From: Promethearchaeota archaeon
GTDB taxonomy: Archaea > Asgardarchaeota > Lokiarchaeia > Sigyniarchaeales > SOKP01
Assembly (NCBI GenBank): GCA_048940925.1
Contig: JBHLOC010000026.1
Location: 9,569 to 73,568, forward strand
Length of the DNA stretch: 64,000 nucleotides
Direction: 5' to 3'
Positions 1 through 9,487 of the stretch are shown here, piece by piece. The translations under genes were made by a program, and so were the position numbers. Every line of letters begins with the position of its first letter. The first letter of the stretch is position 1. The notes beneath the pieces were generated by a model. That model did not search any database. It was not told the DNA's origin and was given only the letters and a program-made list of their open reading frames with translations.

Positions 1-103
1 ATTTAATTTTAAATCAAATCAAATAGTTTATTGTTCTACTAATCCTAATTAACCACTTTGTAAAATAGAAAAAAATTAAAGGAGTCTCACATTTACCTAT
101 TAA

Positions 104-619
104 ATGTGGATAAAAAAGAAAATACTCATATTAATTATTGCCATAATTTATACCAGTTTTATGATTTTTGGGATTTATATTACAGTAATTCATAATCATT
201 TTTATCATATAATTCACAATTTATTTTTAGAATTAGCCAAAATTGGTATTTTCTTTTTTATCTATATTATAATTGTTTTATTTATTCTACCCGGCCTATC
301 TCTTAATTTAGTAGTTCATAGGAAGAATTCTGAATTAAAAGAGACCAAAAAAAGAGATCCTAGAAAAGATAAGAATCGAAGCATCTTGTTATTAGCAATT
401 GGCTTACCACTTATGGTTTGGGCAATTATAGGAAGTTATAGATACTATATACTAACAGAATATTACGGTGGTTTAGGAGAATTAGCACTTAATGGCTTTT
501 TAGTATTGTTACAAGGAATCATCTTTATATTTATAATTCCTGGTTTAATAATAGGTATAAAAAGTTATTTTGAAAATAAACATATTAAAAGTAATAATTA
601 CATCGAATATTTTAATTAG
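104..619 (+). CDS. hypothetical membrane protein (about 4 TM helices)
   Basis: 171-aa ORF with four hydrophobic segments; no recognised motif. Confidence 0.6.
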   Translation: MWIKKKILILIIAIIYTSFMIFGIYITVIHNHFYHIIHNLFLELAKIGIFFFIYIIIVLFILPGLSLNLVVHRKNSELKETKKRDPRKDKNRSILLLAIGLPLMVWAIIGSYRYYILTEYYGGLGELALNGFLVLLQGIIFIFIIPGLIIGIKSYFENKHIKSNNYIEYFN

Positions 620-699
620 ATTTAAGAGAAAGAAACCATAAAATATAAAATTATAATTATTTAAAAGCAACATTTCATAACTTAAATAAGTGGCTTAAA

Positions 700-1269
700 A
701 TGGAATTGGATATTAAACCCTTAACTATTGACCTTCTGGATGATTTTCTCTATTATTTTGATTGTGTAGGTTTTCAAGATAATCCAGATTGGTCTGTATG
801 TTATTGTCATTATTATCATTTTTCAGGAACCAGTAAAGAATGGGTAAAGCGAACAGGAGAAGAAAATAGAAGTGCTTCAGAAGAATTGATACTCTCAGGG
901 AAAATGCACGGTTTTTTGGCATACTTAGATAATAAACCGATTGGATGGTGCAATGTTAATTCAAGAGAGAATTTCGCTAAATCTCTTTATAAATATGATA
1001 CTTCTGAATCTCAAGTGAATAAAATTGCGAGTATTGTTTGCTTCTTAATAGCTCATACTCATAGAAAACAAGGAGTAGCCCGGAAACTTTTAAAATACGC
1101 CTGTTCATACTATACAGATAAAGGATATGAGATCATGGAAGCATATCCAAGAAAAAGAAAACTTTCTGACGCCAATTCATATCATGGTCCAGTCTCACTC
1201 TATAAATCTGAAGGATTTTCAATTTATAAAAAATTTAAAAAATTCTATGTGATGCGAAAGAAATTATAA
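700..1269 (+). CDS. GNAT family N-acetyltransferase
   Basis: W-x2-CYC N-terminal motif, acetyl-CoA motif HRKQGVA, EAYP and Y-x-G-P-x-S-L-Y. Confidence 0.85.
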   Translation: MELDIKPLTIDLLDDFLYYFDCVGFQDNPDWSVCYCHYYHFSGTSKEWVKRTGEENRSASEELILSGKMHGFLAYLDNKPIGWCNVNSRENFAKSLYKYDTSESQVNKIASIVCFLIAHTHRKQGVARKLLKYACSYYTDKGYEIMEAYPRKRKLSDANSYHGPVSLYKSEGFSIYKKFKKFYVMRKKL

Positions 1270-1622
1270 TAAGTTAATAATTTTTATTTTTAATCTGAAT
1301 TATATTTCTTAAATAATAAATCGGTTATCTTTATACAAGATTCCGATGAAAACATTTCTAATCTAAACATATTATCTTAATTAACCTATGAAATTTAAAA
1401 TTAAAAAAAATCTCAGGTCTAATGGCTCAGAACTAACTCTACCAACATTCTTCTTAGACATCGCAATTTTGTCGATCGGATGAAATTATTAACCCAAACA
1501 TATTGTATCGAAAATCTACCGCAATCCTTATATATTTGAAATAAATATTATAACTTAAAGAAGTATTTTGTAAAAAATAATAATTAATAAATATTTTAAA
1601 ATTAAAAAGTGGAGGAATAAAT

Positions 1623-1832
1623 ATGGCAAAGAAAGTTTTTGCTTGGAGTCCAGTCCGAAAATTAATGAAAGATAATGGCGCTGAAATGGTTGCTCGAGAT
1701 GCTGTTGATGCCTTAATTGACTATTTAGAGAAATTAGCTAAAGGTATGACAAATAAGGCTCTCGAAATGACCCGACATGCGGGAAGAAAAAAGCTCACAT
1801 TAGAGGATATGGACTTAGCAATGAAAGTATAA
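1623..1832 (+). CDS. archaeal histone (no N-terminal tail)
   Basis: 69-aa histone fold (SPVRKLMK-x2-GAE-x-V-x2-DAV ... RHAGRKKL-x3-D); strong RBS GGAGG; T-run after the stop. Confidence 0.95.
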   Translation: MAKKVFAWSPVRKLMKDNGAEMVARDAVDALIDYLEKLAKGMTNKALEMTRHAGRKKLTLEDMDLAMKV

Positions 1833-2039
1833 AAATAAGTTGTTAAAACTTAAAAAAATTAATTATTTTTTTTTTAAAATATTAAATCCTTATACCTCAC
1901 TATTCAATTCATTTTCTTCTTGTAGCAGGTCATCATTCAATACAAAGTGATGAATTATTATGGTTTTCAAAGTCTAAGAGCACTTTATTTAATAATTTTC
2001 ATTCTGAAATTTTATATCGTTTGAAAATATCTCTTTTTT

Positions 2040-2870
2040 ATGGTATTAAAAAAATCTGAGGGAGATACTGTCAATGAAACTATAATCCCTAATACTATAA
2101 CTACATTAAAGCGCGATTTTGAAGTTTTGGGAATAAAGCATGGATCAATTATTATAATGCATAGTTCTCTTAGTACACTAGGTTGGACTGTTGGAGGTCC
2201 AGTGTCTGTTATACAGGCATTAATGGAAACATTAACGTCAAAAGGTACTTTAGTAATGCCTACTTTTTCTGGTGATAATACTGAACCTTCTAAATGGGAA
2301 AATCCACCGGTGCCTGAAGAGTGGTGGGATATAATTCGTAATGAAATGCCCGCATATCATCCAGAAACAACGCCCACTCGAGGAGTGGGTAAAATTGTGG
2401 AAATCTTTAGAAAATGGCCCAATGTTATACGTAGTAATCATCCTACGACATCTTTTGCAGCTTGGGGTAAGTATGCTAAACTTATTACTAAAAATCATAA
2501 TTTAGAAATAGATTTAGGAGAAAATTCACCTCTCGCCCGGATTTATGAATTAGATGGTAAAATTTTATTATTAGGAGTTAATCATTCGAATAATACTTCA
2601 ATTCATCTTGCTGAATATCGATGTGAATTCCCAGGGAAACGATACATTTTAAACGGCTGTGCAATGATGGTAAATAATGAAAGACAATGGGTCGAATGGG
2701 AAGAATTAGATCATAATAGTGATGATTTTGAACAACTTGGGAAGGATTATGAAGCTGAAATCGGATATAAACCTGGAAAAGTCGGTTTAGCAGAAGCAAG
2801 ATTGATTTCACAACGAGATATTATTGATTTTGCCCAAGGCTGGTTTAAGAAAAACCGTAAGAGTATATAA
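2040..2870 (+). CDS. AAC(3)/YokD-family N-acetyltransferase
   Basis: MHSSLS-x-LGW-x-VGG, GTLVMPTF, RS-x-HP-x2-SF, GE-x-SPL, NTSIHLAE motifs. Confidence 0.92.
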   Translation: MVLKKSEGDTVNETIIPNTITTLKRDFEVLGIKHGSIIIMHSSLSTLGWTVGGPVSVIQALMETLTSKGTLVMPTFSGDNTEPSKWENPPVPEEWWDIIRNEMPAYHPETTPTRGVGKIVEIFRKWPNVIRSNHPTTSFAAWGKYAKLITKNHNLEIDLGENSPLARIYELDGKILLLGVNHSNNTSIHLAEYRCEFPGKRYILNGCAMMVNNERQWVEWEELDHNSDDFEQLGKDYEAEIGYKPGKVGLAEARLISQRDIIDFAQGWFKKNRKSI

Positions 2871-2939
2871 TTAATTATATAGCAATTCAGAAATTTTAAT
2901 TAGAATTGATAAACAGTAACCATTCAATTTCATATTATC

Positions 2940-4130
2940 ATGGAAACAGTTTCTACCTCGAAAAACTATAAATTAAACATATACAAATTCTATATTTTCA
3001 ATATTATTTTGGGCATCCACACAGTAAGAGGTGTCTACATACCATTTATGATGGAATGGGGTGGTCTTACCTTTTTCCAAATAATGATGTTACAGAGCTA
3101 TTTCACATTTATGATATTTATTTTTGAAATTCCGTCTGGTGCGATTGCAGACCGAATTGGTAGAAACTATGCCTTAATGTTATCTGGTGTATTTGTTACT
3201 CTTGCTGCCTTAACTTATAGCATCATTCCGAATATCTTACTATTCTTCTTAGCTGAGACATTTTGGGCATTTAGTTTAGCCTTATCTTCAGGCACAGACG
3301 AAGCATTTTTATTTAATACCTTGAAAACAATGGACAAAGAAAAAGAACTTCCAAAAATAATAAGTAGAAATCAATCATTGAATCTAATTGCATTAACCTT
3401 ATCTGCACCCTTAGGTTCTATAATTGCTGAATTTATCTCTTTGCAATTTACCATGTTTTGTTTGGCTATAATATATAGTGGAGCTACTCTTGTTTCATTG
3501 ACCTTTAAAGAGCCAAAGATTGGGATTACTCACCAATCGCAAAAATATTTAGCTATTATAAAAGAAGGTTTTCATGAATTAAGAAGAAATAAAATATTGA
3601 GAGTCTTGTGCTTTGACAGGGTTTTCATAGGAGTATTAACTTACTTTTTGTTTTGGACATACCAAGTTTATCTTGGACAAGTTAACATTCCTTTAATATG
3701 GTTTGGTTTTATAACAGCATTTATGAATATTGTTAACATGGTTTTCACGCTTTTAATCCCATGGTTTTTGAAGTCATTTAAAAAAAAGCTAGTATTTTTA
3801 ATTATTATTGATCTTATAATTGGATGTGCATACATTTTATTAGGATTCACAATAAACCCAATTTTAGGTGTTTTGTTGATCTTAACGATTGTAGCTTTTG
3901 GTTATCCGAGATATTTAGTATATGTCAATGGAATTAATAGGCAAATTAAATCCGAAAATAGAGCAACAGTACTCAGTACTATAAATATGTTTAGAAGTTT
4001 TCTTGCGGCTATAATATATCCATTTATTGGTATTTTTGTTGAATGGAATCTTTTCGCAGTTTTTATCTTAACTGGAATCTTAATTCTAATTTTTACTGTA
4101 TTGACGCGTGTAAAAAACGAGTATCTTTAA
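2940..4130 (+). CDS. MFS transporter
   Basis: 12-TM pattern; FEIPSGAIADRIGR motif A; SGTDEA; RATVLS. Confidence 0.9.
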   Translation: METVSTSKNYKLNIYKFYIFNIILGIHTVRGVYIPFMMEWGGLTFFQIMMLQSYFTFMIFIFEIPSGAIADRIGRNYALMLSGVFVTLAALTYSIIPNILLFFLAETFWAFSLALSSGTDEAFLFNTLKTMDKEKELPKIISRNQSLNLIALTLSAPLGSIIAEFISLQFTMFCLAIIYSGATLVSLTFKEPKIGITHQSQKYLAIIKEGFHELRRNKILRVLCFDRVFIGVLTYFLFWTYQVYLGQVNIPLIWFGFITAFMNIVNMVFTLLIPWFLKSFKKKLVFLIIIDLIIGCAYILLGFTINPILGVLLILTIVAFGYPRYLVYVNGINRQIKSENRATVLSTINMFRSFLAAIIYPFIGIFVEWNLFAVFILTGILILIFTVLTRVKNEYL

Positions 4131-4271
4131 ATCTATATAAAATCTAGATTTTAAAAGAATAAAATCCATAGATTTGAGGATACTACAATTTTTAATTAGC
4201 ACTCATAAACTCTTTAAGATATGGTGAATTTAATCATGAATAGATAAATCAATATCTGGAGATATAACAAT

Positions 4272-4838
4272 ATGGCTGAAACTAAAGTTACAATAAGTTT
4301 TCCTTTTATAGAAGGAAATGAGATTATTCTCTGTCCTCCCAATATGGAAAATATTACTCTCTATACAAAATGGATGAATTCACCAGAAAATAGAAAATAT
4401 GCAAGATATGAATTTCCTCAAACTTTAGAAGAAGTTAAAAAATTATTTGAACCAAAACAGGAACGCATAAAAACAGAATTATTTTTTGAAATATTTCATA
4501 AAAAAGATAAAAAATCAATCGGATTTACTGGATTAATTCGAATTTTTTGGTTCGATCGCAGCGCCTTTCTTTTTTATATGGTCGGTGAACCCGAATATTC
4601 TAAGAGAGGTATAGCCACTGAAGCTGGAAAATTGGTAGTTGATTATGCTTTTAAAGAACTCAACCTACATAAAATCTCTCTCTATACTTTTCCGCCAAAT
4701 AAAGCCTCAATACGCGTAGCTGAGAAAATTGGTTTCAAACATGAAATCACACTGAAGAAGGAGGAATATATTGATGGAGAACACATTGATAAATTGAAGT
4801 ATTCAATCCTAAAACATGAGTGGATGAATTTTGAGTAA
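4272..4838 (+). CDS. RimJ/RimL-type GNAT acetyltransferase (array copy 1)
   Basis: KRGIATEA...YAF-x-ELNLHKI...N-x-AS-x-RVAEKIGF. Confidence 0.9.
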   Translation: MAETKVTISFPFIEGNEIILCPPNMENITLYTKWMNSPENRKYARYEFPQTLEEVKKLFEPKQERIKTELFFEIFHKKDKKSIGFTGLIRIFWFDRSAFLFYMVGEPEYSKRGIATEAGKLVVDYAFKELNLHKISLYTFPPNKASIRVAEKIGFKHEITLKKEEYIDGEHIDKLKYSILKHEWMNFE

Positions 4839-4868
4839 ATTATATAATAAAAAGGAATAGACAAATAA

Positions 4869-5483
4869 ATGATAAAGGTAAATGAAATGGAAAAAGAAGA
4901 TACATCGGATAAATTAGATAATATTGATTGTTTTCCTTTTATTGAAGGTAAAATTGTGGATCTTTGCGCGCGCAATCCAAAAAATGTGGACTTATATGCA
5001 AAATGGAAAAATGATCCAACTGTGCGACGATACTCCAGAAATGTAATGCCAAGAACTCTAGACGAGCAAAAAAAAAGCCTTGAACGGAAACAGAGACTTC
5101 CTCCAGACCATATTAATTTTGAGATTTGGCATAAAGAAGATAAAAAACCCCTGGGTATAATAGGACTAGGATGGATTGATTGGGTGAATGGTTGGGCGAA
5201 TGCTTTTATTTGGATTGGAGAAAAAGATTATTGGAATAAGAATATTGCAACAGAAGCTACTGAACTACTGATAGAATATGCTTTTAATGAACTTAACCTC
5301 AATAAATTGCATGGTGGTGTTGCCATTAAAAATATTGGTTCATGGTCTGTGGCTGAAAAACTAGGATTTGAATTAGAAGGTATAGGACGTGAAGAAATGT
5401 ATGTTGATGGTGAATACCTTGATAATAAGATACTTCGATTATTAAAAGAAGATTGGCAAAAAATCAAGAAAAAACCTAGCTAA
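4869..5483 (+). CDS. RimJ/RimL-type GNAT acetyltransferase (copy 2)
   Basis: IGEKDYWNKNIATEA...YAFNELNLNKL...N-x-GS-x2-VAEKLGF. Confidence 0.9.
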   Translation: MIKVNEMEKEDTSDKLDNIDCFPFIEGKIVDLCARNPKNVDLYAKWKNDPTVRRYSRNVMPRTLDEQKKSLERKQRLPPDHINFEIWHKEDKKPLGIIGLGWIDWVNGWANAFIWIGEKDYWNKNIATEATELLIEYAFNELNLNKLHGGVAIKNIGSWSVAEKLGFELEGIGREEMYVDGEYLDNKILRLLKEDWQKIKKKPS

Positions 5484-5535
5484 TTGCTATTTTAAAATTT
5501 ATTATAATAAAGATATAGAGCTTAGATGATTTTAT

Positions 5536-6132
5536 TTGACAAAAAACGAGAAAGATGAAAAGCAAGAAGATTTAATTTTCCCATTTATTAAGGGTGAAAG
5601 GATTGATCTAGTAGCCCAAAATTCTAAATGGATTCCTCTCTATTGTAAATGGCAAAATAATCCAAGAGTACGTCATTATGCTCGTCATGCCATGCCATCC
5701 AACCCTGAAGAAATGAAACGCTGGTTTGAACCACCTTCAGAACGAAGTGCTAAAGGTGGCGTATTTTTTACAATTTACCACAAAAAAGATAAGCGTCCAA
5801 TAGGAACTATAGGATTTTTTTGGATCAATTGGCTAAATCGTAATGGGTGGATAATGGGAATGATTGGAGAACCAGAATATTGGGGTAAAGGATTAGTTGG
5901 GGAAGCTGCCACCCTACTTATTAAATATGGATTTACAGAGTTGAATTTTCATAAGATTTATGCGGGAATCTACAATCCAAATATTAGATCATTACGAGCT
6001 GCAGAAAAATTAGGCTTTAGAGAAGAGGTAGTTTTAAAAGATGAACTCTATGTGGACGGCAGGTATGTCGATACGCATCAGTTCTCTATATTTAAAAGAG
6101 ATTGGGTTAAAATGAATAAAGAAAATGTTTAG
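5536..6132 (+). CDS. RimJ/RimL-type GNAT acetyltransferase (copy 3)
   Basis: IGEPEYWGKG...YGFTELNFHKI...PNIRSLRAAEKLGF. Confidence 0.9.
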   Translation: MTKNEKDEKQEDLIFPFIKGERIDLVAQNSKWIPLYCKWQNNPRVRHYARHAMPSNPEEMKRWFEPPSERSAKGGVFFTIYHKKDKRPIGTIGFFWINWLNRNGWIMGMIGEPEYWGKGLVGEAATLLIKYGFTELNFHKIYAGIYNPNIRSLRAAEKLGFREEVVLKDELYVDGRYVDTHQFSIFKRDWVKMNKENV

Positions 6133-6147
6133 GAGAGAAAGAAAAAA

Positions 6148-6708
6148 ATGACAGAATCTCAAGTTCATACATTTATTAGAGGAGAAATGATTGATTTAAT
6201 CCCATTGAACCCAACCCATACCCCATTGTATTCTTTATGGGACAATAATCCAAAAGTCCGAAAATATGATCGAAATGTGTTTCCATTAACAATTGAAGAA
6301 TCTAAGAACATTTTTGAATCAGATGATAGTAAGATAAAAACCAGAATCATGTTTGAAATTTGGTATAAAAAAGATCAAAAACCAATTGGTTATTGTGAAA
6401 TCGATGATATTTTCTGGATAGATCGCCGTGCTCATTTAGGGCTCACAATAGGTGATCCGGAATACTGGGGAAGAGGGATTGGCACTGAAACCATCAAGTT
6501 GTTAACTGAATATTGTTTTGTTGAACTGAATTTCCATAAAATTGCTGCTGAAGCTCTTGCGCCAAATAGGGGTTCACAACGCTGTTTTGAAAAAAATGGC
6601 TTTGAATATGAAGGGAAACTAAAAGAAGATACTTATATTGACGGGGAATTTATTGATTTATTGAAATTTTGTATATTAAAAGATGATTGGATAAAAAATG
6701 TCAGATGA
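6148..6708 (+). CDS. RimJ/RimL-type GNAT acetyltransferase (copy 4)
   Basis: IGDPEYWGRGIGTE...ELNFHKI...PNRGSQRCFEKNGF. Confidence 0.9.
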   Translation: MTESQVHTFIRGEMIDLIPLNPTHTPLYSLWDNNPKVRKYDRNVFPLTIEESKNIFESDDSKIKTRIMFEIWYKKDQKPIGYCEIDDIFWIDRRAHLGLTIGDPEYWGRGIGTETIKLLTEYCFVELNFHKIAAEALAPNRGSQRCFEKNGFEYEGKLKEDTYIDGEFIDLLKFCILKDDWIKNVR

Positions 6709-7282
6709 TGATCAGAAAGAAGATGGAATATTTCCCTTTATCGAAGGAGAAAGCATAGATTTAGTTGCACAGAGCTCTAAATGGATTGAATTGCATTCTA
6801 AATGGAATAATGATCCACAAGTACGTCACTACGCTCGAAATATAATGCCTCATACCCTTGAGGATATAAAAAAATGGTATGAACCTTCTCCTGATCGAGG
6901 TCCAAGAGATGCTGTTTTTTTTACTATTTATCATAAAAAAGATAAATGTCCTATCGGTACGATAGCTTTTGTTCGTATTGATTGGATAAATCGTAATGCC
7001 CTTGTTTTTGGAATAATTGGTGAAAAGGAATACTGGGGAAGAGGTATAATAGTTGAAGCTGCAAAATTGTTGATTAATTATGGTTTTACAGAGTTAAACC
7101 TTCACAAGATTAATGCGAGAGTATTTGACCCAAACAAGAGATCTTTACGTGCTGCTGAGAAAATAGGATTTAATAGAGTAGGAATCATGAAAGAACAACT
7201 TTATGTTGATGGAAAATATGTAGATGAGCATCTATTTTCAATATTTAGAAAAGATTGGATAAAAAGAAATGAACCACTGTAA
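6698..7282 (+). CDS. RimJ/RimL-type GNAT acetyltransferase (copy 5)
   Basis: IGEKEYWGRG...PNKRSLRAAEKIGF; close paralog of copy 3. Confidence 0.9.
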   Translation: MSDDDQKEDGIFPFIEGESIDLVAQSSKWIELHSKWNNDPQVRHYARNIMPHTLEDIKKWYEPSPDRGPRDAVFFTIYHKKDKCPIGTIAFVRIDWINRNALVFGIIGEKEYWGRGIIVEAAKLLINYGFTELNLHKINARVFDPNKRSLRAAEKIGFNRVGIMKEQLYVDGKYVDEHLFSIFRKDWIKRNEPL

Positions 7283-7284
7283 AA

Positions 7285-7839
7285 ATGAGTAAACCATATA
7301 TTTATACGTTTATTGAAGGAGAATTAATATCTCTTATGCCCATAAACTCAGATCACGTTCATTTATATGTTAAATGGATAAATGATCCAAAAGTTCGGCT
7401 ATATAGCCGGAGTGTAGTACCCAGAACTATTGAAGAATGGAAAAAATTATTTTTAAACATGCCTGAGGAGAGAATTAAAACTCATATTTTTTTTGAGATT
7501 TGGCATAAGAAAGATAAAAAACCTCTAGGTGATGTAGGTCTTTTTGATATTAATTGGTTTGATAAAAAAGCATTTATAGGGCTATTAATCGGTGAAAAAG
7601 AATACTGGAATAAGGGAATTGGAACTGAAGCAATAAAATTAACCACCAATTATGGATTTAAAGAACTTAATTTGAATAAACTCTATGCCACTGTTTATGC
7701 TCCTAATAAAGCTTCATGCCGTTGTTTTGAAAAAAATCATTTCATTAAGGAGGCTATATTAAAAAATGATACATTCATAGAGAATAAATATTTAGATCTA
7801 TATTTTTATTCCATTCTAAAGGAATTTTGGTTAAAATAA
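7285..7839 (+). CDS. RimJ/RimL-type GNAT acetyltransferase (copy 6)
   Basis: IGEKEYWNKGIGTEA...PNKASCRCFEKN; resembles copy 4. Confidence 0.9.
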   Translation: MSKPYIYTFIEGELISLMPINSDHVHLYVKWINDPKVRLYSRSVVPRTIEEWKKLFLNMPEERIKTHIFFEIWHKKDKKPLGDVGLFDINWFDKKAFIGLLIGEKEYWNKGIGTEAIKLTTNYGFKELNLNKLYATVYAPNKASCRCFEKNHFIKEAILKNDTFIENKYLDLYFYSILKEFWLK

Positions 7840-8004
7840 TAACCACTAACTCTTGTTTGAAAATTTTTGAATATATTGTAGGATTTCAAGCTCATATATT
7901 AAAAAAAAATCTATAAATATATCCTAATCAAATATAAAATTACTTATACTTAGATTTTAATTAAAATAGAATAGAGACGTTTTGGTGAGTTCTTTTATAT
8001 TGAT

Positions 8005-9396
8005 GTGATAATTATGTCAGAATCTCTAAAGATGAAATTTTCTGATGGCATTACTACAACAAAAATGGTATTCTTTACGTTACAAGGTATTGTTGGCGGT
8101 TTTTTATTTGGAATGTGGGGTCAAATACAGTTTTTTGCTGCCTCAGTGCTTTTAATCCCTCAAATAACAATAACACTAATTTATTTAGTGTATTCTATTG
8201 TTGATGGTATTAATGACCCAATCATAGGATATTTAGCAGATAAATCCAAAAGGTTTACTTCAAGGTTTGGAAAGAGATTTCCGTGGATCATGATCGGTGC
8301 TACCTGCGGACCAATATTCTTGGTTATGTGTTTTCTTCAGATCTCCTCAGATATAACCGTATCAATTATTTGGCTATTGGTAATGATGGCAATATATGAA
8401 ACCTTCATGACTAGCTTTGAAATTAATCACAATTCATTATTTCCTGATTTGTTTCGCGAAGATTTTCATAGAAATAGAGTTATTGTTATTGGTGCAATAT
8501 TAGGTGGAATCATCACAATTTTAGCAGGAGGGCTCATACCAATTTTGATCAATTCAATTGGATATTTAATAACAACTATAACTCTTGTAATAATCGCATA
8601 TATAATTCTTATTCCTTATAGCTATGGTATACGGGAGCCAAAAGAGATGAAAGAATTTCGTGCTAAATTAGATATAACTGAAAGGGGAAGTTCTCCTGTA
8701 AAAGAAGTCGTTAGACGAGTTTTCAAAGATAAGAATTGGATGGGAGTAATAATTGCTGGTTTTTGTTGGTCTGTTGCTGGAGCTTGTTTTTTATATGGAC
8801 TTAACTTTTTTGTTGTAGATAATTTAGGATTAGAGATCGGTGCCACTGCTCTTCCATTAATGATGGTTTACTTTGTTGGATTCGCTCTAGCACCTCTCTG
8901 GGTCTGGATATCAACAAAAATTGGTAACAAGAATGCTTTCATCATAGGTATGAGTTTAAACATAACTGGATATTTACTTCTAGTACTTGTGACTAATTTA
9001 TGGAGTGTAATACTTGTTTTTGCTTTTTGCGGTATAGGATTTAGTGCAACTTCTGGTGTAATCTACGGACTCTTAAGAGCAGAAGGATTAGATAATGCTG
9101 CAGTAAATTCTGGTAAGAGAGAAGAAGGAAGTTATACTGGAATTTTGAAAATATTTACTGCATTTTCATATTTTTTCCAAACTCTCATATTTGCCATAAT
9201 ATCTGGAATAACTGGATATGATCCTAACCTTGGTACAGGAAATACTAATTTTGCTAAGTTTGGTTTAAAATTTCAAATGTCAATTATACCAATGATAATT
9301 CTCATAATTGGTACCATTGCCTTCATTATCTTATATAGATTATCTAAAGAAGATGCTAAGGCAAATAAGGTAAAATTAGAAGAAATAGGGCTTTAG
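8005..9396 (+). CDS. GPH/MelB-type MFS transporter
   Basis: DGINDPIIGYLAD...SRFGKRFPW, SGKREEG-x-Y-x-G; start probably ATG 8014. Confidence 0.9.
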   Translation: MIIMSESLKMKFSDGITTTKMVFFTLQGIVGGFLFGMWGQIQFFAASVLLIPQITITLIYLVYSIVDGINDPIIGYLADKSKRFTSRFGKRFPWIMIGATCGPIFLVMCFLQISSDITVSIIWLLVMMAIYETFMTSFEINHNSLFPDLFREDFHRNRVIVIGAILGGIITILAGGLIPILINSIGYLITTITLVIIAYIILIPYSYGIREPKEMKEFRAKLDITERGSSPVKEVVRRVFKDKNWMGVIIAGFCWSVAGACFLYGLNFFVVDNLGLEIGATALPLMMVYFVGFALAPLWVWISTKIGNKNAFIIGMSLNITGYLLLVLVTNLWSVILVFAFCGIGFSATSGVIYGLLRAEGLDNAAVNSGKREEGSYTGILKIFTAFSYFFQTLIFAIISGITGYDPNLGTGNTNFAKFGLKFQMSIIPMIILIIGTIAFIILYRLSKEDAKANKVKLEEIGL

Positions 9397-9487
9397 ACTA
9401 TTCAAATTAATCTTTTTTTTTTTATTAAATAAGGTTTAGGTTTTAGATTCTCAGTCCAAATATATTCCAATATCAAAAAAGAACGAA

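Noticed and set aside
1947-2007. Box C/D sRNA (GTGATGA...CTGA)
   Set aside because: No convincing D'/C' boxes or guide spacing; could be chance in AT-rich DNA
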